A DNA stretch of 64,000 nucleotides from Elusimicrobiota bacterium. GTDB taxonomy: Bacteria > CG03 > SLGR01 > JAGXOG01. The position numbers were made by a program, and so were the translations under genes. The stretch is from assembly GCA_051745145.1 (NCBI GenBank), contig JBNJDT010000002.1:1-64000 (forward strand). The letters run 5' to 3'. The first letter of the stretch is position 1, and the number at the start of each line of letters is the position of its first letter. Below the pieces are notes generated by a model, which worked only from the letters and a program-made list of their open reading frames with translations, was not told where the DNA came from and made no database searches. Positions 21,255-35,758 of this stretch are shown piece after piece.

Positions 21255-22180
21255 AAACTTTTAGTAATATCTATGGCTAGTTTTAAAGCGGTTAGTCCGT
21301 GTTTTCCGGTTACCCGGGGTTCTTTTTCTTCTTTTATACTGGTTATGAAATCTTTTAACTCTTCCTGAAGAGGCTGAGTTTTTTTTATTCTTGGGGAAAT
21401 CCGTTTTACATCCCGGGGGGAATTTATTTCTTTTTGCTTCTTTTTATAAACCACAAAATTCTGTTTTTCATAATCCAGGGATAGGTAGCGATCTCCCTCG
21501 AAAACTCTGATTTTTCTCTCTGATTTATAAGATACCCGGGAGGCCGTAATATTAGCCACACACCCGTTTTTAAACTCCAGCCGGCAGTTGGCAATATCTT
21601 CTTTATCCGAAAATACGGGAGTACCTATAGCGTCTAATTTTTTAACTGGGGAATTGACAAAACTTAAAATTATATCTATATCGTGTATCATTAAATCCAG
21701 CACAACTCCTATGTCCAGGGACCGGTCGGGAAATTTTGAAATTCTGTTAACTTCTATAAACTCCGGTTTATTTATATACTCTCTGGCTTTTTTAACAGCT
21801 GAATTATATCTTTCCACGTGACCTACCTGCAGAACTAAACCATTTTTTTCTGCCAGCTCCACTAATTCAGCAGCGGACCGGGAATCCTGGGTAATAGGTT
21901 TTTCGACTAAAGTATGTACCCCTGATTTTAAAAACTGGCGGGCAATTTCGTAATGAGTCTCCGTAGGAGTAGCTATACTTACCGCATCCACCCGGCGGGC
22001 AAGTTCATCGGGATTACTGACAAATTCAGTTTTGTATTTACGAGCAAATTTTTTTCCTCTTTTTTCATCTATATCGCAGAGCCCTACCAGCTGGGTAGTG
22101 TCAAATTCTGAATAAATGCGACCGTGAAATTTCCCCAGATGCCCTACTCCAATAACCCCTACCTTTAATTTTTTACTCAT
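21251..22180 (-). CDS. Gfo/Idh/MocA oxidoreductase, GnnA-like UDP-GlcNAc 3-dehydrogenase
   Basis: GVIGVGHLG, VEKPI, GHVERYN, DLMIHDID; directly upstream of lpxB. Confidence 0.8.
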   Translation of the reverse strand: MSKKLKVGVIGVGHLGKFHGRIYSEFDTTQLVGLCDIDEKRGKKFARKYKTEFVSNPDELARRVDAVSIATPTETHYEIARQFLKSGVHTLVEKPITQDSRSAAELVELAEKNGLVLQVGHVERYNSAVKKAREYINKPEFIEVNRISKFPDRSLDIGVVLDLMIHDIDIILSFVNSPVKKLDAIGTPVFSDKEDIANCRLEFKNGCVANITASRVSYKSERKIRVFEGDRYLSLDYEKQNFVVYKKKQKEINSPRDVKRISPRIKKTQPLQEELKDFITSIKEEKEPRVTGKHGLTALKLAIDITKSL

Positions 22181-23276
22181 AAAATTCTTTTATTTTATCC
22201 GTAATATAATTTACTTTTTCTTCGGAAAGTTCAGGATACATAGGAAGGGATAAACACCGGGAAGCTACTTTTTCGGCCACCGGAAAAGTGCCCCTGCCAA
22301 GTTCCATAAATTCAAATGAAGGCTGCAAATGCAGTGGAATGGGATAGTGCATGGCTGTAGCTATACCGTCTTTTTCCAGTTTCTCGCTTAACTCCTCCCG
22401 TTTTTCGGTCAAAATGGAATACTGGTGAAATACATGAATGCTATCCTTATCGGTTTGGGGTAATTTTAAAGGTGTATCTTCTAATGCCCGGGTATATAAT
22501 TCAGCTATTTTTCGACGGGACTCATTCCATTTTTTAAGATGCTTTAATTTAATTCTTAAAACTGCCGCCTGGAGAGCGTCCAACCGGTAATTAAAACCCA
22601 GATCGGTATGGTAATATTTTTCCGGAGCACCGTGGGCTCTTAAGTTTCTCACTTTCCGGGCAAGCTCTTCATCGTCAGTAACCACACAACCTGCATCCCC
22701 GTAAGCACCCATATTTTTTCCAGGATAAAAAGAAAAGCATCCCAGGTCTCCAATAGAACCTGTCTTTCTTCCCTTGAATTTGGCCCCGTGGGACTGCGCA
22801 CAATCTTCTATAACTTTACAGTCATAAGTTTCTGCCAGCTCCATTATCTTATCCATGGGAGCCGGATGACCGTATATGTGAACCGGAAGTATAACCCCGG
22901 TATTGGAATTAACGGACTTTTCCAGTTCATCCTCGGCTACGGTATAATAATCGGGGTGAATATCCACCCATTTTATATTTCCCCCGGCCTGGACTATCGC
23001 CTCACTGGTGGCTATAAACGTAAACGGAGTGGAAACCACCTCTTTGTCCCGGCAGCCTACAGCTTCCAGGGCAACGTGTAGAGCGGAAGTTCCCGAACTT
23101 ACTCCCACCGCATACTCGGTTCCGCAAAACTCGGCGAATTCCTGTTCAAATTTCTGCACTTCTTCTCCCAGTATAAAACTGGTGGAATCACAAAGCTCCT
23201 TCCACTTTTTAAATATTTCATCTTCAAGAGCCCTGTGCTGTACACCCAAATCTACCATTTGTATTTTATCTTTCAT
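22173..23276 (-). CDS. DegT/DnrJ/EryC1/StrS aminotransferase, GnnB-like
   Basis: SSGTSAL, PVHIYG, EDCAQSHG, SFYPGKNMGAYGDAG, NYRLD. Confidence 0.88.
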   Translation of the reverse strand: MKDKIQMVDLGVQHRALEDEIFKKWKELCDSTSFILGEEVQKFEQEFAEFCGTEYAVGVSSGTSALHVALEAVGCRDKEVVSTPFTFIATSEAIVQAGGNIKWVDIHPDYYTVAEDELEKSVNSNTGVILPVHIYGHPAPMDKIMELAETYDCKVIEDCAQSHGAKFKGRKTGSIGDLGCFSFYPGKNMGAYGDAGCVVTDDEELARKVRNLRAHGAPEKYYHTDLGFNYRLDALQAAVLRIKLKHLKKWNESRRKIAELYTRALEDTPLKLPQTDKDSIHVFHQYSILTEKREELSEKLEKDGIATAMHYPIPLHLQPSFEFMELGRGTFPVAEKVASRCLSLPMYPELSEEKVNYITDKIKEFYE

Positions 23277-23284
23277 AATATCTT

Positions 23285-23313
23285 AAAATATAAAAAAGGA
23301 ACTAAAAAGTCAA
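23285..23313 (-). promoter_or_regulatory. Sigma70-type promoter for the gnnB-gnnA-lpxB-rfaD operon
   Basis: TTGACT-17 nt-TATTTT, ending 8 nt before the ATG at 23276. Confidence 0.5.
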
Positions 23314-23472
23314 TATTTTAAAATTTTTGATAATTTAATTTTACCAAAACAGACCCGCCTATATTATTTTAATTGTAATGATAATTGCGATTATTGCCCT
23401 TTACATTTTTTTAAAACTATCTGTTTTATCTCGATAATTTCAAATAATAAAAATTTAATAAAATAACGGTTC

Positions 23473-23501
23473 TTGAAAAATACCGTAACCGGTGTTATTA
23501 T
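23473..23501 (+). promoter_or_regulatory. Sigma70-type promoter for pilB (extended -10)
   Basis: TTGAAA-17 nt-TATTAT preceded by TGn; 7 nt before ATG 23509. Confidence 0.6.
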
Positions 23502-23508
23502 TGATGTT

Positions 23509-25329
23509 ATGAAAGTTCCCAGTATAAACAAATTAACTGATAATATGGTAGATGTAGGTATAATTACCTCCGACCAACTTAAAGAGGCTAAAGAAAAAGT
23601 CGAACAGGGCGGAGGAAATCTTGGGGAAGTACTAATTTCTGAAGGCTATATAACCGAAGACGTATTTAAAGCTTTTCTCAGTAAAAAATCCGACTTATCC
23701 TATGTAGATTTAAAAGATTACGGAGATATTGATCCTAAAATTTTAAAACAGGTACCCGAAAAAATCGCCCGGCGGAGAAATTTGATTCCCGTAGATAAAT
23801 CCAACAACACCTTAACGGTAGCCATAGCGGACCCTATAAATATCTTTGCTATCGATGATCTTAGAGCAATAACGGGCATGAATATTGAAGTGGTTCTGGC
23901 GGTTAAGTTTGAAATAAAAAAAGCAATCGATAAATATTACGGTACCGGTTTTGTAGAACAGATGGGGCAGGAAAATTCCGGAGGTCAAGCCCCCAGCGAA
24001 GAAGATATAGATACTTCCCAGGCTTACAGTTCCATATTGGATGAAATTGACGCCGGCCAGGAAAATGAGGATGACAACCTGGAAGTTATGGAAAAACAGG
24101 TGGGGGAAGGGGGCGTTCAGGATATAACTAAGATAAAACGCCAGTCCGAAGGTGCTCCGGTGGTAAAAATGGTGAATTTTATTATTCTAAACGCCATTAA
24201 AAAAGGGGCTTCGGATATACATATAGAACCCTTTGAAAAATCAGCTCGTATTCGTTACCGGATAGACGGAGTGCTACATACTCAGCCAGCTCCCCCAAAA
24301 AAGATTTATAACGCTTTGGTGGCCAGAATTAAAGTTATGGCCTCTCTTGACGTCGCCGAAAAAAGACGTCCTCAGGACGGCCGGATTAAGGTAAAGTTCG
24401 GTAACCGAGAAGTAGATTTAAGAACCTCTATTCTTCCCTCAAATTTCGGTGAAAAAGTAGTACTCAGGGTTCTGGATTCCTCCAGCCTCTGCCTTGACCT
24501 TTCCCAGCTGGGTTTTGAAAAAAAAGACCTGACCAAATTCGATAAATCAATTCATTCTCCAAACGGAATAATTCTGGTTACAGGTCCTACCGGAAGCGGT
24601 AAAACAACAACCCTGTATTCAGCTCTTACTACCTTAAACCAGCCGGATGTTAATATTAACACTATAGAGGATCCCGTAGAATATGTTCTCAAAGGGATCA
24701 TCCAAATTCAGGCCAATCCGGAAGTGGGTTTAGATTTTGCCGCAGGTTTAAGAAGCTTACTGCGGCAGGATCCGGACATAATAATGGTAGGAGAAATCCG
24801 GGATAAAGAGACGGCAGAAATTGCCGTAAACGCCGCTCTTACCGGACATCTGGTTTTAGCTACTCTCCACACTAATGATGCTCCGTCGGCAGTTACCAGA
24901 ATGGATAATATGGGTATTAAACCTTTCCAGATTTCCTCAACTATAACTATGGCTATGGCTCAAAGGCTTTTAAGAACCGTCTGCCCAAATTGTAAACAAC
25001 CTTACAAAGTAAATGCTGAAACTTTAGAAACTTACGGAGTAACCAGAGAAGATTTAGAAGGGAAAAAGAAAGTGACCCTCTACAAAGGAGAGGGCTGCAG
25101 CCACTGTTCGGGTTCGGGATATTCCGGCAGAACCGGTGTCTATGAATTAATGGAAATAACGGAAGATATACAGGAACTAATAAACCGCCAGGCTTCATCG
25201 GCAGAAATTAAAAAAATAGCCCGCAGGGAAGGAATGCAGACCCTCCGGGAAGCTGCTCTCAATAAAGTTTTAGAAGGCGTAACAACAGTCGATGAAATGC
25301 TCCGGGTTACCGCCCGGGATGCCGGTTAA
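23509..25329 (+). CDS. pilB: Type IV pilus assembly/T2SS ATPase (PilB/GspE family)
   Basis: ASDIHIEP, RPQDGR, GPTGSGKTTT, EDPVEY, LRQDPD, TLHTN, zinc motif CPNC...CSHC. Start placed at ATG 23509. Confidence 0.92.
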   Translation: MKVPSINKLTDNMVDVGIITSDQLKEAKEKVEQGGGNLGEVLISEGYITEDVFKAFLSKKSDLSYVDLKDYGDIDPKILKQVPEKIARRRNLIPVDKSNNTLTVAIADPINIFAIDDLRAITGMNIEVVLAVKFEIKKAIDKYYGTGFVEQMGQENSGGQAPSEEDIDTSQAYSSILDEIDAGQENEDDNLEVMEKQVGEGGVQDITKIKRQSEGAPVVKMVNFIILNAIKKGASDIHIEPFEKSARIRYRIDGVLHTQPAPPKKIYNALVARIKVMASLDVAEKRRPQDGRIKVKFGNREVDLRTSILPSNFGEKVVLRVLDSSSLCLDLSQLGFEKKDLTKFDKSIHSPNGIILVTGPTGSGKTTTLYSALTTLNQPDVNINTIEDPVEYVLKGIIQIQANPEVGLDFAAGLRSLLRQDPDIIMVGEIRDKETAEIAVNAALTGHLVLATLHTNDAPSAVTRMDNMGIKPFQISSTITMAMAQRLLRTVCPNCKQPYKVNAETLETYGVTREDLEGKKKVTLYKGEGCSHCSGSGYSGRTGVYELMEITEDIQELINRQASSAEIKKIARREGMQTLREAALNKVLEGVTTVDEMLRVTARDAG

Positions 25330-25365
25330 TTTTTAATGTTATAAAAATATTATTTAAAAAACTCT

Positions 25366-25806
25366 ATGCCTGTTTTTATTTATATTGTCGGGGGAATACT
25401 ATTCTTTTTTATCTTAATAATTATTGTTAAAATTTTGGCAAAGAAACGAACAGCTCAAGTCCTAAAAAAATTCAAAGACAAAAATATTGTTGGAATTTCT
25501 TCATCCGCTAATTTTTTCGGCCTAAAATCCAGGGGAGCCGGGCAAGTACGGGGAAACGGGATCCTGATTTTAACTAAAAACAAAATATATTTTGAAATGT
25601 GGATGCCTAAAAAGGTTATTGATATCCCTATTTCCAGAATTGTACAAGTTGATACCGTAAGGTCTCACCTTAAAAAAACAAAATTTAAGCCCCTGTTAAA
25701 AATTACTTTCACTGACGCAGACGGTATGAGAGATTCTGCGGCCTGGCTGGTGAATAATACTCAAGAATGGCTGGATGGCATAAAAAAACTTTCCGGCAAG
25801 TTATAA
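25366..25806 (+). CDS. Hypothetical membrane-anchored protein (possible PH-like domain)
   Basis: N-terminal TM helix; GQVRGNGILILT beta-rich domain; 146 aa ORF filling the gap after pilB. Confidence 0.65.
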   Translation: MPVFIYIVGGILFFFILIIIVKILAKKRTAQVLKKFKDKNIVGISSSANFFGLKSRGAGQVRGNGILILTKNKIYFEMWMPKKVIDIPISRIVQVDTVRSHLKKTKFKPLLKITFTDADGMRDSAAWLVNNTQEWLDGIKKLSGKL

Positions 25807-25842
25807 TTTAAAATTTACAGATTATTTCCGTAGCTAAATATT

Positions 25843-26583
25843 TTATACCTTTTCAATTTCTTCGTCAGGTATATCAAAATTAGCAAACACTTTTTGAACA
25901 TCATCATTATTCTCTAAAGCTTCCATTAATTTGAGCATAGTTTTCGCCTTCCTGCCGGTTAATTTTATGTATGTATTGGGAATCATAGTCAAATCCGCCG
26001 ACTCTATACTTACAAATTTTTCTAATTTTTCTTTGACTTCTGCAAAGTCATCGACTTCAGTAATAATTTCATAATACTCATCTTCAATATTTAAATCTTC
26101 CACCCCCAGTTCAATTGATTTTTCCATTAAACTGTCTTCATCTATTACTTCTTTTTCCACGGTGATAAAACCTTTACTCTTAAACATCCAGCTTACGCAC
26201 CCATTCTCCCCTAAACTGCCGTTGTGTTCATCAAATATTTTTCGGATTTGTGAAGCAGCCCGGTTCTTATTATCCGTAGTCACCTTAACTATTACAGCCA
26301 CCCCTCCAGGGCCGTAACCTTCGTATACTTTTTCAATATAATCTACCCCCTCCAACTCACCGGTGCCTCTTTTTATAGCTTTGTCTATATTTTCTTTGGG
26401 CATATTGGCATCATTCGCCCGGTCTATGGCCATTCTCAACCGGGGGTTAAAATCAGGATCCCCCCCTCCTTCTCTTGCGGCAACTGTTATTTCTCTAACT
26501 AATTTTGAAAATAATTTTCCTCTTTTCTTGTCCTCTTTTGCTTTTTGATGTTTTATACTGTGCCATTTAGAATGTCCTGACAT
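25843..26583 (-). CDS. yebC: YebC/PmpR family protein
   Basis: MSGHSKWHSIKH, YEGYGPGG, TDNKNR, DDVQKVFAN. Confidence 0.96.
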   Translation of the reverse strand: MSGHSKWHSIKHQKAKEDKKRGKLFSKLVREITVAAREGGGDPDFNPRLRMAIDRANDANMPKENIDKAIKRGTGELEGVDYIEKVYEGYGPGGVAVIVKVTTDNKNRAASQIRKIFDEHNGSLGENGCVSWMFKSKGFITVEKEVIDEDSLMEKSIELGVEDLNIEDEYYEIITEVDDFAEVKEKLEKFVSIESADLTMIPNTYIKLTGRKAKTMLKLMEALENNDDVQKVFANFDIPDEEIEKV

Positions 26584-27553
26584 ATTGTTTATCCCCTTTT
26601 TTATCTGTACAAGCTATTTCAAAAAAATTTCCCACATTATTAACTTTGGATTTTTCTACCCCCGGATGAATTTCCAGAACTTTCTGTATTTCATCACGTT
26701 CAAAATATTCTTTTAAAAAGCTAAAATCCAGACCGCCGTCGCCGGGCATTAAATGGTCTTCCAGCCCTTTTAAATCGTGAATATGCATACCCGCTATGTA
26801 CCTGTCGAAATCACTTAAAAAATTACGGGGAGATCTTATAAACCCCATTTTTGACTGAAGCGCCACATGTCCCACATCGTACCAGCAATGAATTTTATTT
26901 CCGAACACGTCAAACAGTTTTTTAAATTCTTGCCTGTTGGGTATCTCATGGTAAGCAGAACGGGTTTCCAAAGCCAGCTTTACACCGCTTTTTTTCTTTT
27001 TCAGTATTTCATCTATACTCCTTAGAGTATTGGAAAAATATTTTTTTGCCCGGGAATCTCTTTGCTCTATATACTTTTCTCTTTTCTTTAAAAAATTTTC
27101 CGTACATCCTTCCCTGTGAAAAATATCTCTGAGTTTAAAATAACTCTGTTTAACTTCCACTTCTCCGGCATGAAGAATAACGGCATGAGCTTTTAATTTT
27201 CGGGCAGTGCGAATAGTTTTTAAAATCTGATTTACAGCTTCTTTTCTCTCTTCTTCCCGGTCGGAAGATATGCGGTAAGCAGAAAATATAGAACGGGATT
27301 CGGGAATCCTGTCCGGTACGGGGCATATGCTGTGAACACTTGTAATTTGTATATTGCCTTTATTGACTTCCCGGATTAATTTCTCCACCATTTTTTTAGA
27401 GGTGAATACCGAAAGTTCCAGCTTATCAAATCCATAATCTTTAGCTTTATTTATAAGTTTCCGGCAATTGTCCTCTTCTTTGAGAAAATCAAAAAATATA
27501 GTTGACAGCGCTAAATTGATAGTCTTATCTGCCTTCCTCTTTTTGCCGCTCAT
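26567..27553 (-). CDS. Sugar phosphate isomerase/AP-endonuclease-2 TIM-barrel protein
   Basis: SVHSICP, ILHAG, LALETR, YDVGH, HIHD, DHLMPG metal ligands. Start placed at ATG 27553. Confidence 0.8.
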   Translation of the reverse strand: MSGKKRKADKTINLALSTIFFDFLKEEDNCRKLINKAKDYGFDKLELSVFTSKKMVEKLIREVNKGNIQITSVHSICPVPDRIPESRSIFSAYRISSDREEERKEAVNQILKTIRTARKLKAHAVILHAGEVEVKQSYFKLRDIFHREGCTENFLKKREKYIEQRDSRAKKYFSNTLRSIDEILKKKKSGVKLALETRSAYHEIPNRQEFKKLFDVFGNKIHCWYDVGHVALQSKMGFIRSPRNFLSDFDRYIAGMHIHDLKGLEDHLMPGDGGLDFSFLKEYFERDEIQKVLEIHPGVEKSKVNNVGNFFEIACTDKKGDKQYVRTF

Positions 27554-29567
27554 ACTGTTCAACCAAATTCTGCTGTACATCTCTGGGAGCCTCTTCATAG
27601 TGATCGAATTCCAAATCGTATTCTCCGGCACCACTTGTTATAGAACGCAAATCCTCCGTATAGGTAGTAAGAGAAGATTTGGGAATATAAGCTTTTATTA
27701 TCTGCATATCTCCGGAAGCCGGCTCCATTCCTAAAACTCGACCGCGGCGGGAATTTAAATCTCCCATAACATCCCCGGTATAATCATTTGTAACTTTAAT
27801 GTTAACTTTCATTATCGGCTCAAGTATATAGGGCTGAGCATTTTTCATGGCTTTTTTAAAAGCCATACTTCCGGCAATCTGAAATGCCATATCCGATGAA
27901 TCAACCTCATGATAAGAACCGTCGACAAGCTCTACCTTAAAGTCTACTACCGGATAGCCGGCTATTACGCCTTTTTCTTTAGCTTCTTTTATACCTTTCT
28001 CAACTGCGGGAATATAATTCGATGGTATTGCCCCCCCGGTTATTTTATCCACAAATTCAAATCCCTTGCCCTGTTTTTGGGGAGCTACATTTATTACACA
28101 CTCGCCGTACTGTCCCCGGCCTCCGGACTGCTTTTTATGCCTGGCCTGCACTTCGTTAACTATTTTTCGTATTGTCTCTTTATACGGTATTTTTGGCGTA
28201 GTTAAATCTACTTCCACATTAAATCTCTTTCTTATTTTTTTGACAAGTAAATTCAGCTGAAGAGATCCCATACCGGTCAGCACCATTTCTTTAGTAGTTG
28301 AATTAAACTCAAATTTTAGAGTAGGATCTGCATCTATCTCATCAGAAAAAGCGTTGGCTACTTTTTCTTCTTCTCCCTCAGTTGCCGGATAAACCCCCCG
28401 ATCCACTATAGGCTCCGGAAAATCTATCGGTTCAACAGGTTCCTGATCTGTATCCTCGGCCAGAGTATCATTTATCTTGGCGTCTTCTAATTTTATCAGG
28501 GCACAGATATCCCCGGCTTTTGCTTCTTTGATTTTTATGTTTTCTTTACCCTGCTTTACGGCAATCTGATTTATCCGTTCTTTATTTTTAGTCCTTAAAT
28601 TATAAATATAGCTTCCCGTAGTGAGGTTTCCGCTAAATAACTTAATGTAATTTACCTGCCCTACGTGTTCCTGGGACTCTGCTTTAAATACAAGGCTCCT
28701 AAATTCTTTATCCGGCTCCACAGGCCTAACTTTATCTGTAACATCTGCCGGCGAGGGAGCGTATTTATTTATGAAGTCAATCAGTTCTTTTACCCCTATA
28801 ACTTCAGTTGCCGATCCACAGAGTACGGGTACAATATCTCTTTCAAGCAACCCTTTACTTAATCCGTCTATAATTTCCTGCGAACTTAAATTTTCTTCCT
28901 CAAGATATTTAACCATTAAATCGTCATCCACAGTGGCCACAGAATCCATCAAACTCTCCGAATAACCGGAAATAGTTTCAGCCATATCTTCGGGTATTTC
29001 CCCTTCTTCTCCGTCTATTACTGCCTTTTCATCCAGTAATTTTACTATACCCTTAAAATTATCCGCCTTTCCCACGGGAACGGTAACCGGCGCCATGTTA
29101 GGACTAAGATTATCTTTTAGGGAGTTTACTATCTCACCAAAATTTTTATTGGCATTATCCATAAAATTAACATATATTATAACCGGTTTATCAGAATTTT
29201 TAGCTCTATTCCAGATTTTTCTGGTAGTTACATCAATACCCTCATGAGGATTGATTACAAGGAGTACAAATTCAGACATGGCCATACCGCTAACTACCCC
29301 CCCAAAAAAATCAGCAAATCCGGGAGTGTCTATAATATTTATCTTATTTTTATCGGTTTCTAAAGATATTACTGAAGAACTTATTGACGACTGCCTCTCT
29401 TTTTCCAGTTCTTCATAATCGGAGACTGTATTTTTCTCTTCTATTAAACCCAATCTGTTAATTTGTCCGTGACTAAATAGTATACTCTCCACCAGTTGTG
29501 ATTTACCGGTACCCCGACTTCCGCACACCGCAACATTTCTCAACTCCTCAGTCTTATAAATTTGCAT
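27525..29567 (-). CDS. Elongation factor G paralogue (EF-G2-like)
   Basis: Five-domain EF-G architecture (KKQSGGRGQYG, DGSYHEVDSS, LEPIM, LNSRRG) with divergent G motifs GSRGTGKS, DTPGF, NFMD; AAGGAGG SD. Confidence 0.9.
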   Translation of the reverse strand: MQIYKTEELRNVAVCGSRGTGKSQLVESILFSHGQINRLGLIEEKNTVSDYEELEKERQSSISSSVISLETDKNKINIIDTPGFADFFGGVVSGMAMSEFVLLVINPHEGIDVTTRKIWNRAKNSDKPVIIYVNFMDNANKNFGEIVNSLKDNLSPNMAPVTVPVGKADNFKGIVKLLDEKAVIDGEEGEIPEDMAETISGYSESLMDSVATVDDDLMVKYLEEENLSSQEIIDGLSKGLLERDIVPVLCGSATEVIGVKELIDFINKYAPSPADVTDKVRPVEPDKEFRSLVFKAESQEHVGQVNYIKLFSGNLTTGSYIYNLRTKNKERINQIAVKQGKENIKIKEAKAGDICALIKLEDAKINDTLAEDTDQEPVEPIDFPEPIVDRGVYPATEGEEEKVANAFSDEIDADPTLKFEFNSTTKEMVLTGMGSLQLNLLVKKIRKRFNVEVDLTTPKIPYKETIRKIVNEVQARHKKQSGGRGQYGECVINVAPQKQGKGFEFVDKITGGAIPSNYIPAVEKGIKEAKEKGVIAGYPVVDFKVELVDGSYHEVDSSDMAFQIAGSMAFKKAMKNAQPYILEPIMKVNIKVTNDYTGDVMGDLNSRRGRVLGMEPASGDMQIIKAYIPKSSLTTYTEDLRSITSGAGEYDLEFDHYEEAPRDVQQNLVEQYERQKEEGR

Positions 29568-29623
29568 TACGCCTCCTTAGCTTAAAGTGAAATTTTCTTA
29601 TAATTTACCTGTTCTTGTATTTT

Positions 29624-29652
29624 AATATAGAAATTTAAATATTAAAAATCAA
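29624..29652 (-). promoter_or_regulatory. Sigma70-type promoter for the EF-G2 operon
   Basis: TTGATT-17 nt-TATATT. Confidence 0.55.
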
Positions 29653-29657
29653 GAATA

Positions 29658-30353
29658 TTAAAATACCAGATTAAAACTCGCTTCAAAGCCCTGCTGATCA
29701 TAAAAATTTGCTCTGCCTCTAATCAAAGTATTATCAGTAACGTTCAGTCTTATACCCAAAAAAGGACTTATACCATTAGTTTCTCCGGCTTCTTTTTCAT
29801 TAGTTTCATTTTCTTCAAAAATATCTCTACTGTAGTAAAAATTAATACCTCCAAAAGGTACCAGAAATCCATATTTTTTAGCTACAGCCACAGCGAAATC
29901 CGTTTTTAAATATTTATAGGAAATATCGATCTCCCGCTGTTCATATTCGGATATAGTTGTATATCCCCCTTCTAAGGTAAGATTAACTTTCCATTGTGGG
30001 AAAACCACAAGATCTCCTCCGATATCTTTTTCCATACCCACTGTTACCGCTGTTAAATCATTTTCAGATGATTTACGCTCAGCAATATTGACCTCTCCGG
30101 TTCCAGCGGAAAATCCCAGCGAGATACCGGTCTTTAATGGAATGGAATAAGTAATAAAGTATTTATTGGTCTTAATATTTTTTTTATGGCCGTAAAAAAA
30201 ATCTATTTCTCTGTCATTATTAATATACTTTAATCCCAAATAATTATTTTGAACGGTGGGCATACCAAAATAGAACACATTTTGAACAGCTTCTACATTT
30301 GAGGTTTGTAGTAATGTTATTAAAAAAATTGAGATGGAAAGATATTTTTTCAT
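29658..30353 (-). CDS. Hypothetical exported protein, probable outer-membrane beta-barrel
   Basis: Signal peptide ending VEA, alternating amphipathic strands, C-terminal Phe (FEASFNLVF). Confidence 0.65.
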   Translation of the reverse strand: MKKYLSISIFLITLLQTSNVEAVQNVFYFGMPTVQNNYLGLKYINNDREIDFFYGHKKNIKTNKYFITYSIPLKTGISLGFSAGTGEVNIAERKSSENDLTAVTVGMEKDIGGDLVVFPQWKVNLTLEGGYTTISEYEQREIDISYKYLKTDFAVAVAKKYGFLVPFGGINFYYSRDIFEENETNEKEAGETNGISPFLGIRLNVTDNTLIRGRANFYDQQGFEASFNLVF

Positions 30354-30372
30354 ATCATTTTAAAATAAAAAA

Positions 30373-30489
<117 letters not shown>

Positions 30490-30568
30490 AATCCTTGTAT
30501 CAGCATATTAAATACTGATACGATGAAATCTTATAGTAGATTAAATTGAGCAATAACTTCTAATGATA

Positions 30569-33691
<3,123 letters not shown>

Positions 33692-33774
33692 TATCATTAC
33701 AAATTATTAACTCAATTTGCAATGACGTATTATATCATTTAGTTATCGAAATTGCTATTAATTCTACTACAAAA

Positions 33775-33786
33775 TTTCAAAGAACA
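33775..33786 (-). promoter_or_regulatory. boxA antitermination element in the rRNA spacer
   Basis: TGTTCTTTGAAA on the minus strand between tRNA-Ala and 23S. Confidence 0.7.
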
Positions 33787-33847
33787 ACAGTTTAACTCAG
33801 TTGATCAGAACACTACAGTTTACCATAAAAACTTTACTGTGTATTCA

Positions 33848-33923
33848 TGGTGGAGAATGCCGGGCTCGAACCGGCGACCTTCTGGTTGCAAACCAGATGC
33901 TCTCCCAGCTGAGCTAATTCCCC
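33848..33923 (-). tRNA. tRNA-Ala(UGC)
   Basis: GGGGAATTAGCTCAG...TTTGCAA...GTTCGAG...CTCCACCA; CCA encoded. Confidence 0.97.
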
Positions 33924-33954
33924 TTATTTATGACCCACCATATTTTCCTAATTT

Positions 33955-34031
<77 letters not shown>

Positions 34032-34133
34032 ATAAGATTAAAACACTATTATAAAAATTTTTAAAAAAAAGAAGTCAGGTGCCAATTTTAACTAAGATCT
34101 CCTTTCCGCGCTTTCTTAACTTAAGAAAGTATT

Positions 34134-35699
<1,566 letters not shown>

Positions 35700-35758
35700 C
35701 ACCATAAAGTTAAAATTGACTTGACCTGACTTCTAAATTTTCAATGATCTCAATGTTT

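Noticed and set aside
23387..23397. Fur-box-like TGATAAT-TGCG-ATTATTG near the divergent gnnB/pilB promoters (approximate position)
   Set aside because: Spacing is 7-4-7 rather than 7-1-7 and the region is very AT-rich.
23473..23508. TTG start for pilB given by the ORF track
   Set aside because: The TTG is the -35 hexamer of a well-spaced promoter; ATG 23509 fits better.
27554..27634. N-terminal extension of the TIM-barrel ORF
   Set aside because: Overlaps the conserved EF-G2 C-terminus; a later ATG is more plausible.
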